Shown piece by piece: positions 62,831 through 64,000 of a stretch of DNA of 64,000 nt. Every line of letters begins with the position of its first letter. Position 1 is the first letter of the stretch. The translations under genes and the position numbers were made by a program. Source of the stretch: Lytechinus pictus (lineage: Eukaryota); the NCBI RefSeq assembly GCF_037042905.1, contig NC_087250.1, positions 15,006,001 to 15,070,000 on the forward strand, written 5' to 3'. The notes beneath the pieces were generated by a model, which saw nothing but the letters and a program-made list of their open reading frames with translations, was not told the DNA's origin and did not search any database.

Positions 62831-64000
62831 GTAAGTTGACCATCATGATTAAAGTTTAGTCTAGACTGCAAACTTTGCAAGTGAACTTCTCTTCTTGGCT
62901 TATAGTCAAGAGTGTCAGTGTCACATGTACACTACCTCAATCAATTTCATTTTTTTCAAAGGAAAATGGAAAATGGTTTTTAATCCATGGAATTACTATG
63001 GAATACACTTGTTGAATATTTTCAGGTGTTGCCGAGGTGTTTCTGAAGCCACTTGGGTGGGAATGCCAAATTTTCCTAGGGTAAAGTAACAACTTGGTTT
63101 AAAAACCAAGTCTCTTTTTTTTATAATTATAAAAGGAAACACATAAGACTTTCAGAGTCATGTTGTTTTAGCATAGTATACGGCGCGTAGCAATCCCCAG
63201 TGAATATTTGCGCGAAGTCATGTCTAACAAAGTCATAGTCTTAATTTCAGTGAAGGACATTCATTTAACCATCATCAAGAACAATGCAATTGCACAAATA
63301 CATACCAATATTAATTATCAAACAAATTGCATATTACAAATAGAATACATAGAGAATACACCAGCAAAAAAAGCAAAATGATGGTTTGGTGACCCTGGTG
63401 ATGATGCATTTGGCAATCTTACTCCTCCCTGTTGACCAATAAGAGTTGACAGTTTTCTTGGCACTCTTATTGATCAATGGTATTGATCCTTTTTACATTA
63501 AGTTACAATTTTATGTGTGTGTATATCTATTTAATTAAATCAAACATTGTCCGTGTAAAATTACCAGAGGTGACAATCCTTTAGGGTTGTAGAGAAACAT
63601 CCCCAAAGATTTTCAAATGGCCAAAGAGGCAGAAAGAAAGAAGAAGAAGAAGGAAAAAAAACAGAACAAAGAAGAAAGAGCATAAAGAGAGAGTTATGGT
63701 TATGCAAATCAGTACTTCATAAATTATTCAATTGAGAAAAACATAAATGAAGAATTGATTGGCATGATAATGCATTTTTTATTTATGCAGGACTGATTGT
63801 GCCCTAACATTCTAAACAAATAATATCAGTCCAGCTTTGGTTATCCACATATCTGTATGCAGTTTACCATTCATGCAAGACTAAATGTGTCCTTTCCTGG
63901 TAATTTCATTTAACATTTTATATCCTGTAATATTTCTTTAAATGTGCCTTTTCCTGGTAATTCTATTTAATATTTTATATCCTGTACCACTTCTTTTTCA

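Noticed and set aside
63880..63990. About 57-bp tandem duplication at the window end (also a 22-bp duplication at about 2633-2672)
   Set aside because: Ordinary local duplications with no further structure visible.

Overview
AT-rich, repeat-dense eukaryotic genomic DNA. The repeat families and gene content suggest an invertebrate deuterostome such as a sea urchin, which is an inference. There are four host genes: (1) a minus-strand C2H2 zinc-finger gene with an intronless CDS (4831-6993); (2, 3) two tandem minus-strand SLC46/PCFT-like MFS transporter paralogs whose exons I reconstructed by hand (A: 9 coding exons, 15564-25876, 512 aa; B: 7 coding exons, 35433-42735, 513 aa); and (4) the 5' part of a plus-strand PRDM9/Meisetz-like gene, recognised by an ancestral-KRAB exon (62695-62830) that the ORF track misses. 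Mobile DNA includes a decayed CR1/L2-group LINE, a young non-autonomous Gypsy-type LTR element with non-canonical termini, a Helentron/DINE-like element, tRNA-derived SINEs and many MITEs, often nested. The most interesting unexplained structures are: a 196-bp-arm perfect inverted repeat with a Penelope-type hammerhead ribozyme motif on each strand; a 61-bp stand-alone hammerhead-like insert with a 13-bp TSD; a 9x46-bp array of duplicated 5' splice sites; two introns present in only one SLC46 paralog; and a triplicated RT-like GVPQG motif in the zinc-finger protein.
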